Source: an uncultured virus (IMG/VR IMGVR_UViG_3300033148_006048)
Lineage: Duplodnaviria; Heunggongvirae; Uroviricota; Caudoviricetes
Length of the DNA stretch: 64,000 bases
IMG/VR virus record: IMGVR_UViG_3300033148_006048
Reading direction: 5' to 3' (one strand)
The notes under the pieces were generated by a model. It was not told the DNA's origin and made no database searches. It saw only the letters and a program-made list of their open reading frames with translations. This document shows positions 18,795 to 27,868 of the stretch, piece by piece; the first letter of the stretch is position 1, and each line of letters opens with the position of its first letter. The position numbers and the translations under genes were made by a program.

Positions 18795-20816
18795 TTATTC
18801 AAAATAAGCGCCATCAAAAAGTCCATTCCTATCGTTGTTTGTCGGTGTTATATCAGCATAAACAAAGTCAATATCCCAATTCAAACTCTGTGCTGTAACT
18901 GTTGTTTCCGTAACTGATAAACTTTCCGTCTGCGCATTATGTGAAGTAGATGTCACATAATCGGCCGTCAAAGTAACAGTCTCATCAAAAGTTTCAACAA
19001 CGTCAAGTATCTCATTCTCATTAATAATAATTTCCTTTTTGTTTGCAATCGTCTGCTGTATCAAATATTCAATTATTCCTAAAGTTTTAGTAGTCACCAA
19101 AGAAACCTTATACTTCGGACTATCATGCGTCCAAGGAACTATTATAACTTTATTAATAATGAAATACTCATCAATACTATGAGCCGAAGAATTAATCCTA
19201 ATTCTCTGGCCTGACCTCAATCCATCTGTGTATGTTTCAAATTCACCTTCAGATAAGGTGTCTTTATAAGCATCAAGTTCTGCCCTTGCCCTTTCCCGCG
19301 CACCTTCTCTGGTGTTAATTGTTTGGTCAATAATAACATACTCATACTCACCATCTCCGCCTTCGGCTGTTTTTGTAGCGTCAATCGAATTCTGGTCTCT
19401 AAGTTTAACCCGAACTGGTAAATAAGGACTGCCGTGTAAAGTAATAACTGAATCCACACTAGGTATTCTATCGCTTCTAAATTTTAAACGCTTCTCTTCT
19501 CTATCCCAAACATAATCATAAGCACTCTCATCTCCCTGTCCTTCTAAAACACCATCCCAAGTCGTCCCTGTAACAGTAACCAAAAGGTCATCATATTTAT
19601 AACCAAGCGCATAAACCTGTTGCTCTCCATCTGAAACATACTTAGGTGCTAAGGCGCTACCAAGATATTCACCACCACGAACATAAATAACATTTTTTTT
19701 CTGGGAATCGTCCCTTCTAACAACTAAACTTTTAAAAATATAACTCCCGTCATCGTCTTGTATATCAAAACTAGCCGTATTATCAGTCTTACCAAAAAAG
19801 TTTATCACCCGACCATAATCAATATACCAATCGTAATTCACAATATCAGCAAGCTGTGTCAAAACATTATCAAATTGTTCATATCTAAAAGCAACATAAT
19901 CAGCTTCATTTGGACAATCAACTTCTAAATCTGCTAAATACCCGCAAACAATATCGTCAATCCTACAATCCGTCATATCTGTCTGTCCAGCCGAATAACT
20001 TATTCGCAACATCGCATAGTCCAAGGCCGAACTGTTTGGTGAACCCATCGCCCCGGCCTGAGCCGCACTCTTCCAGCTAAATCTTAAAATATTCCACCCG
20101 TCAGCAAAAGAAGTCTCATCGTGTTGTGTAGTAACCGTATCACTCCAATAATTGCTCGAATCGCTTCCCCATCTAAAAGTAAACCCAATAACATTCGTCG
20201 AATCCGGAATATAATACCACATAAAGAAATAACCATTGCTGTCGTATTCTGCTAAATTAACAGCCGTCATATCGTCAATATAAACGTCCGCGTAATTATT
20301 CGCTGACTGCGAAACATCAACGTCGTAATTAACACAACCACTTCCTCGTTTATAAATTGTTGTATCTGTCGTAACATTTAAAGCATCGCTCGCTCCGTCC
20401 GCCGTCCAAGTTCCGTCTCCGTCGTAGGTGTCCATGTTGTGGAACACGTCCATCGTATTTAAAGTAGAAAGGGCATTCCTAATAATGGTTTCAATCGTTT
20501 GATTTTCAAAACTATCGTTTAAAAGTTTTCTGCCTAAAAGCCGGCCATAATCGTTACATTCAACCTTGTATCTTATAACTTTATAATCATCAGCGTGATG
20601 AGTTACTTTCACCACAACACCAGCAAAAATTAAATCACTATCATGTCTAACCTTAACTTCCTGACCAACAGTTGGAGCCGTTAAACTTCCACAGGCAGAC
20701 CGCAAAACAAACTGACAACGGTTAATCTGCCTCGTTAAAATATCTTCTATACGCAAAGTATTGCGGTCGACAGATTTGGTATAATCTGTTCCCGCTACTT
20801 GTAAAGTAATTGCCAT
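18795..20816 (-). CDS. Tail tip hub / minor tail protein
   Basis: Directly follows the tape measure gene; GQ.I.I C-terminal motif. Confidence 0.7.
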   Translation of the reverse strand: MAITLQVAGTDYTKSVDRNTLRIEDILTRQINRCQFVLRSACGSLTAPTVGQEVKVRHDSDLIFAGVVVKVTHHADDYKVIRYKVECNDYGRLLGRKLLNDSFENQTIETIIRNALSTLNTMDVFHNMDTYDGDGTWTADGASDALNVTTDTTIYKRGSGCVNYDVDVSQSANNYADVYIDDMTAVNLAEYDSNGYFFMWYYIPDSTNVIGFTFRWGSDSSNYWSDTVTTQHDETSFADGWNILRFSWKSAAQAGAMGSPNSSALDYAMLRISYSAGQTDMTDCRIDDIVCGYLADLEVDCPNEADYVAFRYEQFDNVLTQLADIVNYDWYIDYGRVINFFGKTDNTASFDIQDDDGSYIFKSLVVRRDDSQKKNVIYVRGGEYLGSALAPKYVSDGEQQVYALGYKYDDLLVTVTGTTWDGVLEGQGDESAYDYVWDREEKRLKFRSDRIPSVDSVITLHGSPYLPVRVKLRDQNSIDATKTAEGGDGEYEYVIIDQTINTREGARERARAELDAYKDTLSEGEFETYTDGLRSGQRIRINSSAHSIDEYFIINKVIIVPWTHDSPKYKVSLVTTKTLGIIEYLIQQTIANKKEIIINENEILDVVETFDETVTLTADYVTSTSHNAQTESLSVTETTVTAQSLNWDIDFVYADITPTNNDRNGLFDGAYFE

Positions 20817-20817
20817 A

Positions 20818-23472
20818 TTAAACTCTTACGTTTTCTTTAAGTCTATCAATAATCATGTCGCCGACTTCTATGGCGGCAGTTTCAGATAAAAATGTTCCTG
20901 TGATATTTAAAACAATATTTCCTAATCCACCCATTTTATTTAAAGGAATAACTGCTTCAGGACCAGCTTCACCAATCAAAGCATTGGTTGGACTTGTAAC
21001 TATTCCACCTTTAGCAAAAGGAACTGACATCATTGGAGCAGCAGTATAATAAGCAGAAGTAGAACCACCGTAAAGTATAGCGTTGGCTTGTTCAATTTCT
21101 TTGGCTCTTCGTTTCTTATTTTCTGCTATTAGGTCATCATCTGCAATTACCGCATCTCTAACTAAACCAGAATTAATAATCTTAATATCAGTAGTTTTAT
21201 TATTCATATCTATAATTAAATCTGCTTTTTCTTGTTCTTTATCCATCTCATCTTGTATTCTGTCTAATTCATCTAAGTACGCTCTATTATATTTCATCTG
21301 CTCCTTACCAAGATTTTCAAGTGTTCTTTGAAAATCAGTCAAAGCATTAACACGTCTAACTTCTGCCACTTCATTTTCATAAGCAGTCTCAATATTCTTT
21401 TTAGACTCTAAAAGATGTAAATTCAAATTGTAAGCGTCCTCGGCTTCCTGAACTTCGTTTCTTAAATTATTTATTCTATCCTTATGCCCTATTAAATCTT
21501 CAGTATAACCAGACTTTGTCATTTCTTTCTTTAATTCAGCTTTTTTTCCTTCTAAATCTTCTAATTGACTAGCGACAAGTTCTTCCTGTTTAACATAAGC
21601 TTCAGCGTATCGTGTTTTAAAATCTAAAGTTTTTTTAGCATACGCAACTTTCAACTTCTGTTCTTCTGCTTGTAAATCCTTAATTTTTTCTAAAATCTTT
21701 TCATATTCTTCAGCAGTATCTTTAGCCGCTCCACCCGCGTCTTTAGTAGCTTCAGTTATACCATCAAAGGCTTCCATTCCAATACTACCTAAATTGTTAA
21801 CTGAACTACCAGCAAAATCAGCCGCACTAGCATAACTCATCATTGCATCAGTAGAATACCCAGTTAATTCTACTAACTGTCCACCTTGTCTTACAAGCAA
21901 TCCTCTCATTACTAATTCATCTTCAAATTGACTAATTTGGTCTCTATGGGCTTGACTTTGTCTTTCAGCAAGACCATCAATAGCATCAAATTGATTTTGC
22001 AACGAATCCATTTTTAGTTGAGCATAACGACGAACATCTTCATTTTCGCTTTCCATCATTCCTTTATATCTTTCAAATCCTCTACTTCTCATATCAATAG
22101 TCTCTTCTTCTGCTTTATGTACTTCATCTATTCGCTTTTTAAGCTGTATAAATCCATCTATAACCTTATACAAACCATAAGCTACAACTGTAATTGCCAC
22201 TAACGTTGGTATAGCCAATAATGCAGTTCCAAGTAAACCAGTAGCAGTAGTAGTTAATCCAATAGCACCACCTAATGCGGCTAAAGCACCCATTATTGTA
22301 CTAACAGCAGTAATAGTTTTTGCCACAATACCAATAAACAACAAAAACGCTCCAACCATAAGAACATATTTAGCTTTAGTAGTAACAATTTCAGCAATTA
22401 AATCTTTGTGTACTTTTATCATTTCAGTAACATCTTTAACATAAGGGACTATTTTATCGCCAAGTTCTATCATTATATCTCTTAACTCTTCCATTGCTTG
22501 TTTCATCTGGAATCCGGGACCTTCTGCCATATCTTGGAAATAACCACCTACTGTTATTGTATCATCACCAGCAGTCATTAATGCCGTATTATAATCCTCA
22601 ACGGCTGTTCCTACCAATGGGAATAAAGCTTGTAACGCACGAACATTCGGAAACATATCAGCTAATGCGGCTGTATTATCACCATACTGTTCTCTCAATT
22701 TTTCCAATACACCAGTTAAGCCTATTGCTTTAATAGCCATTTGACCACTATCATACCCAAGACTTCTTAGCCATTCTCCTAATTTTTCAGATGGTTTATT
22801 TAAAGCTGTAAAAGTAGCATTAATAGCAGTAGCCGCTTCTTCTGTACTACCAGCAGTTTTTGTTAAAGTAGCAAGAGATGCACCAACTTCATCAAAAGAA
22901 ACACCTAATGAAGCCGCCTGAACAGCCGCTCTTGGAAATGACTGAGCAAGTTCTTCAAACGTAAGCAAACCAGCATCTACAATCCTAAACAATTTATCCA
23001 TTGTTTCTCTAGCTTGATTACCGCTATAACCAAAAACATTCATCGCTTTCGATAATGCACCAGCAACATCGGCCGCATTCGCCATACCAGCAGTAGCCGC
23101 TTCGCCAACAACAGTTAATACTTCCATTGATTCTGCTCCTCTAAAGCCTGCAGAACCAACTACATACATTGCTTCTTGCATTTCATTCGCGCTTTTACCA
23201 ACCTGTATGGCAAGCTCCCTAACATCTTTTTTCATCGACTTAAAAGCACTGTCATTTAATTTAAGCATTTGATTTGTAGCTCTTGCTAATGTATCATAAT
23301 CAGCAGCCGCTTTTAATGCCGCACCACCAACAGCAATCGAAGCTCCAGTTATTAATGCGCCTGCTTTAAATGATTTTTGACCGAGTTGTTCAAAACTAAG
23401 ACCAGTAGCCTTCAATTGCTTTGAAGCCCTATCTACTGCTGTAATAATAATTTGTAGTTTAGTGCTTGCCAT
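20818..23472 (-). CDS. Tail tape measure protein
   Basis: 884-aa helical Ala-rich protein with TM segments and GEAGPEAVIPL. Confidence 0.92.
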   Translation of the reverse strand: MASTKLQIIITAVDRASKQLKATGLSFEQLGQKSFKAGALITGASIAVGGAALKAAADYDTLARATNQMLKLNDSAFKSMKKDVRELAIQVGKSANEMQEAMYVVGSAGFRGAESMEVLTVVGEAATAGMANAADVAGALSKAMNVFGYSGNQARETMDKLFRIVDAGLLTFEELAQSFPRAAVQAASLGVSFDEVGASLATLTKTAGSTEEAATAINATFTALNKPSEKLGEWLRSLGYDSGQMAIKAIGLTGVLEKLREQYGDNTAALADMFPNVRALQALFPLVGTAVEDYNTALMTAGDDTITVGGYFQDMAEGPGFQMKQAMEELRDIMIELGDKIVPYVKDVTEMIKVHKDLIAEIVTTKAKYVLMVGAFLLFIGIVAKTITAVSTIMGALAALGGAIGLTTTATGLLGTALLAIPTLVAITVVAYGLYKVIDGFIQLKKRIDEVHKAEEETIDMRSRGFERYKGMMESENEDVRRYAQLKMDSLQNQFDAIDGLAERQSQAHRDQISQFEDELVMRGLLVRQGGQLVELTGYSTDAMMSYASAADFAGSSVNNLGSIGMEAFDGITEATKDAGGAAKDTAEEYEKILEKIKDLQAEEQKLKVAYAKKTLDFKTRYAEAYVKQEELVASQLEDLEGKKAELKKEMTKSGYTEDLIGHKDRINNLRNEVQEAEDAYNLNLHLLESKKNIETAYENEVAEVRRVNALTDFQRTLENLGKEQMKYNRAYLDELDRIQDEMDKEQEKADLIIDMNNKTTDIKIINSGLVRDAVIADDDLIAENKKRRAKEIEQANAILYGGSTSAYYTAAPMMSVPFAKGGIVTSPTNALIGEAGPEAVIPLNKMGGLGNIVLNITGTFLSETAAIEVGDMIIDRLKENVRV

Positions 23473-23683
23473 GTTTCATTTGCGATTTTTTAACTTCAAG
23501 ACGTTGATATTCTGCGTCAAGATTTATTTTTTGTTGGAGTCCCGTGATAAACCAATCAGGCTGTTTCAAATAGGTAAAATAATCCCAGCCCATCTTTTCA
23601 CACAACAAGATGATAGCTAGTTCATTACTAATTCTAGCTCTACCGCGACTTAAAAGTTCACGATACTCCCCTTCTATTTTTTT
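23459..23683 (-). CDS. Tail assembly chaperone GT extension reached by a -1 frameshift
   Basis: A-AAA-AAA at 23677-23683 just before the TAG; -1 frame open to 23459 (LCEKMGWDYFTYLKQPDWFI). Confidence 0.75.
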   Translation of the reverse strand, partial: KKIEGEYRELLSRGRARISNELAIILLCEKMGWDYFTYLKQPDWFITGLQQKINLDAEYQRLEVKKSQMKHGKH

Positions 23684-24015
23684 GCAGTGGTTTCTCCTGT
23701 TCCTGTAATTGTGTTAATTTCATTGATAACGAAATCAAAGTCTTTAGTCGGCAGATTTAAGACTGTTTTCAAAACATCTTCTGCTAACTTACCGTCTTGT
23801 TTAACACTTACGACTACTGCCTTGATTGTTGCATCTTGTGATTTATTAACTGCATCTCCACTTATTTTTGGCTTTACTTTCATGTCGTCGGCATATTCAA
23901 TATCATCTAATAATGCCTTGGTTACTTGCCGTCTTTCGTCTGCAGTAATCCAACTTTTTAGAGTCACTTCTGTCTTAGTGACAGGCGTTGTGACTTTGAT
24001 GTTTTCTCGTTCCAT
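23674..24015 (-). CDS. Tail assembly chaperone (gpG-like)
   Basis: Between tail tube and tape measure genes; ends at a slippery site. Confidence 0.8.
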   Translation of the reverse strand: MERENIKVTTPVTKTEVTLKSWITADERRQVTKALLDDIEYADDMKVKPKISGDAVNKSQDATIKAVVVSVKQDGKLAEDVLKTVLNLPTKDFDFVINEINTITGTGETTAKK

Positions 24016-24260
24016 AATTTTGTCATTAATTATAAGTTCCGCATTTAGTACATTGTCGCTCTTGCGGAATTAAAAGAGCCAACAAACCAAAGGGAAAAAA
24101 CAACACAACAATAGCCCAAATAAGGCAACTGTAATGTGATTTATGTTCTGTTGACTTTTTACACTTAGAACAATATTTTTTCATACTTCTCCCTTAAATA
24201 GCTTCGGGGGCTACTCGCCTTTGGGGTTTTCGCCCCAAGCCTATTTTAATTATTTTTACC

Positions 24261-25247
24261 TTAGTAAGATGAAACTGCATTAATTAATGTGCAGGAGTTT
24301 ATTACATTGTCGTTTGTACCCGCGTCGTATAAAGCGGTAAAGCTCAAGGTCTGTGTCACTACTTCATCAAGGGCAAAATCAGGCTCCCACGCTTCAAACA
24401 TAACCTTACTCAAATCAAGTGTCCACTGGTACTTAGTTGTAGCACAACCAGTAATAGTGTCATCGTGAGTCATGTCAATTCTAACGGCTCGGTTTGTAGC
24501 ATTCTTAACATAATTCAACCAAGTTCTGTCTTCATAGTTGAAAACAATTTCACCAGTAATGTTAAACCGCTTATTAACAATGTCTTCCGGTTGAACGGTT
24601 GACAATGTTGCCTGAATTTCTGCGTTCTTCTCGAATCTCAAAGTCAAACTCTTCAGATTGATTGAAGTTCCCGGTAAAGCACCAGTATTAGCCGCGGTAC
24701 TGAAAGTCAAATATCTACCAACGAATTTCTTTTCTGCTCCATAGGAAGCTGTCTGGTTAGCGCTTGTAGCACTAGCTTTTGACAAGAAGTTAACCGTATA
24801 ACTAACAATAGCATCTGGCAAGAAACTAATCTCTAAAGTGTTAATCATTCCCATTTCAAACATAAGCTGTCCAATCGGGTCAATAGTGTGAATAGACAAA
24901 CTATCGTGACAGTTATCATTCTGAAGCGTATAGGTATGCGTATAAGCGGCAGTATCAGTCGGACCCGTAGTAGTTAATGTTCCTAAGGTGGCAAGTAAGA
25001 TAGCCCCAAAGCTTTGGTCACCAAGTTCAACTGTCATATCTCCCTCAGCGTGTTCCAAAGTTTTAGGCGCTTGGTCTCCACCCCAAATTCCACCAAATCC
25101 GGCTTCTGATAAAGCTCTCGTCGGCACATCTCTAAAGCTAAAAGCAGTACAATTAAGCCAATAAGTAGGAGCAACACCAACCCCTCTGGTTGATTCAACC
25201 CCAATACCAATCGACTCTCGTCTGCCAATCCATAATGTACATGCCAT
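24261..25247 (-). CDS. Major tail tube protein
   Basis: 328-aa beta-rich protein, synteny, downstream hairpin at about 24196-24246. Confidence 0.8.
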   Translation of the reverse strand: MACTLWIGRRESIGIGVESTRGVGVAPTYWLNCTAFSFRDVPTRALSEAGFGGIWGGDQAPKTLEHAEGDMTVELGDQSFGAILLATLGTLTTTGPTDTAAYTHTYTLQNDNCHDSLSIHTIDPIGQLMFEMGMINTLEISFLPDAIVSYTVNFLSKASATSANQTASYGAEKKFVGRYLTFSTAANTGALPGTSINLKSLTLRFEKNAEIQATLSTVQPEDIVNKRFNITGEIVFNYEDRTWLNYVKNATNRAVRIDMTHDDTITGCATTKYQWTLDLSKVMFEAWEPDFALDEVVTQTLSFTALYDAGTNDNVINSCTLINAVSSY

Positions 25248-25298
25248 AATATTTATTTCCTTTCCTTGTTTATTACTCGACCTTTAATATTTTAATAA

Positions 25299-25745
25299 TT
25301 AGCTAATTGAATTCAAATCTACCGAAACTCTACATCTAACGGTTATTTCCGCTACTCGGTATATGTCTTCTCTCTCAGCATATCCCCAAGTAGACGGCAA
25401 AGCGAAAATGTTAATCGGACAATATCCTGTCGGCGAAGTCAAGTCCGCCAAATTGTACTGTCGGTCAAAATCGTCCAAAATAGCACTCACGCATTTTCTT
25501 AAAATTCTATCTGCGTCCTTTTGGCCGAAATGCTTCATATTAACATAAACTCTCACGTTAAAAGCGTAAATTCTAATGTTCTCTTCTGTTGTATTATAAT
25601 CACTCTCGTTCTCCGAAGGCGTAACAGTCGCCGAAGGTGAACCCTTAAACTTATCTGTTTCGTATTCATAAACCTCCTGAATTCCGTTAGACGACTTATT
25701 GTCGCGTAAAATATCGCAAATTCGGTCAATCAAGCATTCCCACAT
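25299..25745 (-). CDS. Tail terminator / completion protein
   Basis: Size and position upstream of the tail tube gene. Confidence 0.6.
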   Translation of the reverse strand: MWECLIDRICDILRDNKSSNGIQEVYEYETDKFKGSPSATVTPSENESDYNTTEENIRIYAFNVRVYVNMKHFGQKDADRILRKCVSAILDDFDRQYNLADLTSPTGYCPINIFALPSTWGYAEREDIYRVAEITVRCRVSVDLNSIS

Positions 25746-26269
25746 ACTTTTATTTTTCCTTTCTTAGTTAAATCGTGACAATTTCTACAAAGCGTAACTC
25801 CATTATTTAAACTCCATAACTCATCACAATTTAACGCTTGTTTCAATGTTTTAATTTTATTCTCCTCAATTATCACTGACATTTCTTTAATATGATGTAC
25901 TTCCAAATAACAACCTCTCTTACGACAAGTTTGACAAGTCCAATTATCTCTTTGAAAAATATCTGAACGCCATTCTTGATATTTCCAACAATCTCTTATC
26001 TTTCTATTTATATCTTGATTACCCTTCCAAAGATAATGTTTTTCACCTCTTATATTTAATCTTGGTTTTCCTATTTGAGCATTTCTTATTTTTTCTCCAA
26101 TTTCTTTAGGACGTTTAATTCCTCTTCTTGCTTCCCAAACTGGTTCCAAACTTTTTCTTTGTTTATCTGATAATTTTCTACCAGTTAAAGCCTTACTAAT
26201 CTTGTCAGCCCAAGTGATTTTTCTGCCTTTATTAGCTTTACTAATTTTTCTTTTAGTTTCTTCCGTCAT
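25730..26269 (-). CDS. Free-standing HNH homing endonuclease with NUMOD3-like repeats
   Basis: EETKRKIS repeats, WKG, RDNWTCQTC, HH, LCRNCH. Confidence 0.88.
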   Translation of the reverse strand: MTEETKRKISKANKGRKITWADKISKALTGRKLSDKQRKSLEPVWEARRGIKRPKEIGEKIRNAQIGKPRLNIRGEKHYLWKGNQDINRKIRDCWKYQEWRSDIFQRDNWTCQTCRKRGCYLEVHHIKEMSVIIEENKIKTLKQALNCDELWSLNNGVTLCRNCHDLTKKGKIKVCGNA

Positions 26270-26273
26270 AAAT

Positions 26274-26717
26274 TTAATTTATTTTTTCTAATGTTTTATC
26301 AATTACTGTTTTAAAAGTCTTTTCAATCTTTAATTTAGAATTATCTAATCCTCTTTGCATAAATCTATTAGGCTTAGTTCCAGGGTGTTTAACACTCATA
26401 ACTGGGTGCATAGCACCTTGCCAATAAAGCGCTTTTTTCCTGATAGGATAAATAGTATGCGGTCGCGTTCCCTCGTGTACGAATATAGCATATTTCTTGT
26501 GCGGTTCAATAACAGCCCTTAAATGTGTAATGGTTGGCCTAACGCTTGATTTCAAAGCTCCAGTCTTCGTTGGTGTTTCCTTTTTAACTTCATCCGTAAC
26601 TTCCAAAGCCGATTTACTAATAGCAACCTGTAAACCAGAAGCAATCCAACCCGGGAATTTCTTAAACTTAGACCTTAATTCATTAAGTCTGGGAATAGTA
26701 ACCTTTATTTCCGGCAT
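26274..26717 (-). CDS. HK97 gp10-like neck protein
   Basis: TP.KTG.L..S, YA.FVHEGT, P.RFM. Confidence 0.8.
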   Translation of the reverse strand: MPEIKVTIPRLNELRSKFKKFPGWIASGLQVAISKSALEVTDEVKKETPTKTGALKSSVRPTITHLRAVIEPHKKYAIFVHEGTRPHTIYPIRKKALYWQGAMHPVMSVKHPGTKPNRFMQRGLDNSKLKIEKTFKTVIDKTLEKIN

Positions 26718-26718
26718 A

Positions 26719-27048
26719 TTATTCCTCCGTCAATTCAAGCCAAACTTCTTTATAATCAAAACTTCCGAAGGTTCGTCTTGAAACTCCACCATCCGGCACA
26801 GTATATTCATTAGAATCTTCGTCTCTAACCCGGTCACCATCCTGTATATCAACACACCCATCAACCCATAATCGGTGTAACTTTCCGTGTACACCCTCCG
26901 TTAAGCTGGCCTTTGTATCTCTCAACGGCTGTATATGAGCCATAGAAGAAGTCACGGTCGCAAAAGCAACCTTATCAACGTCTCCGCTTGGCGGTGCTAA
27001 TCTGGCAATAAAAATCTGCTTGTTTAAAAGGTGGACTATTTTTGGCAT
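26719..27048 (-). CDS. Head closure / stopper protein
   Basis: Synteny; DI..GDRV motif. Confidence 0.65.
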   Translation of the reverse strand: MPKIVHLLNKQIFIARLAPPSGDVDKVAFATVTSSMAHIQPLRDTKASLTEGVHGKLHRLWVDGCVDIQDGDRVRDEDSNEYTVPDGGVSRRTFGSFDYKEVWLELTEE

Positions 27049-27049
27049 A

Positions 27050-27649
27050 TTAACACACCTCCAAAACTCTATGCTGGTTTAAAATCTGCTTAACTCCTAA
27101 TCGAACGGCAGACTCATCTAAATCAGCATAGGTCACAGAATAATCACCTAAGGTCTCGTTGGTAATCTTACCACTATCTCTACCTTGTTTAATGATGTCC
27201 GCTACCAACATAGTCGCTACCAATTCAATATCTTCCGGTACTGTTGCTGAGTGTCCCCAAACTCCTGTCAGCTTTATCCTTTTCGGACCTGTAAGCCAAA
27301 CTCCAATTTGTGAACTAGCAACCATTATCAACTTGTAATACGGAGTCTCATTATACGGATACAAGATATAATCATCATCAAGACCTTCAGTTAAAGTATA
27401 CTTTACATCTTCACCATTCACTTCTAGAATCTCTACTGCTGTGAGTGAGGTAAAATCATCAATTATGATTTCTGTCTTGCCATTTCCATCAAAGTAACGA
27501 GTTTCAGTCGTTCCTTCAAAAGACTTTCCAGTATACTTGTCAATATAATTTTCGGCCGCAGTAATCCAACTCGAAACCTGACTCGAGAAACTCGGGTCTA
27601 TATCTGTCATCAGGTAATTCTCAATTTTTGCCTCCGTGGTATAGCTCAT
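27050..27649 (-). CDS. Head-tail adaptor protein
   Basis: A...IDKYTG..F, WG...VP.DI, E.LGDYSVTY. Confidence 0.75.
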   Translation of the reverse strand: MSYTTEAKIENYLMTDIDPSFSSQVSSWITAAENYIDKYTGKSFEGTTETRYFDGNGKTEIIIDDFTSLTAVEILEVNGEDVKYTLTEGLDDDYILYPYNETPYYKLIMVASSQIGVWLTGPKRIKLTGVWGHSATVPEDIELVATMLVADIIKQGRDSGKITNETLGDYSVTYADLDESAVRLGVKQILNQHRVLEVC

Positions 27650-27656
27650 AAATTTA

Positions 27657-27857
27657 TTAATTTATTACTAAAATATTTAATCCAATCGCCTCTTTTAAAA
27701 TTTGTTTGTGTATGACAACTTCTACAATAAGTTTTTTTCTATGTTTTTCTGAAAATTCTTTACCAACTTTATTTAATCCAGCACACTTATAACTACAAAA
27801 TTTCGTCGTATTTTTACGATGCGGATTTTTCTTTTTAGCATCACATGGTCTTCCCAT
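27657..27857 (-). pseudogene. Degenerate homing endonuclease remnant
   Basis: KFCSYKC and SEKHRKKL fragments, no catalytic core. Confidence 0.5.
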
Positions 27858-27868
27858 AATTAGTTATT

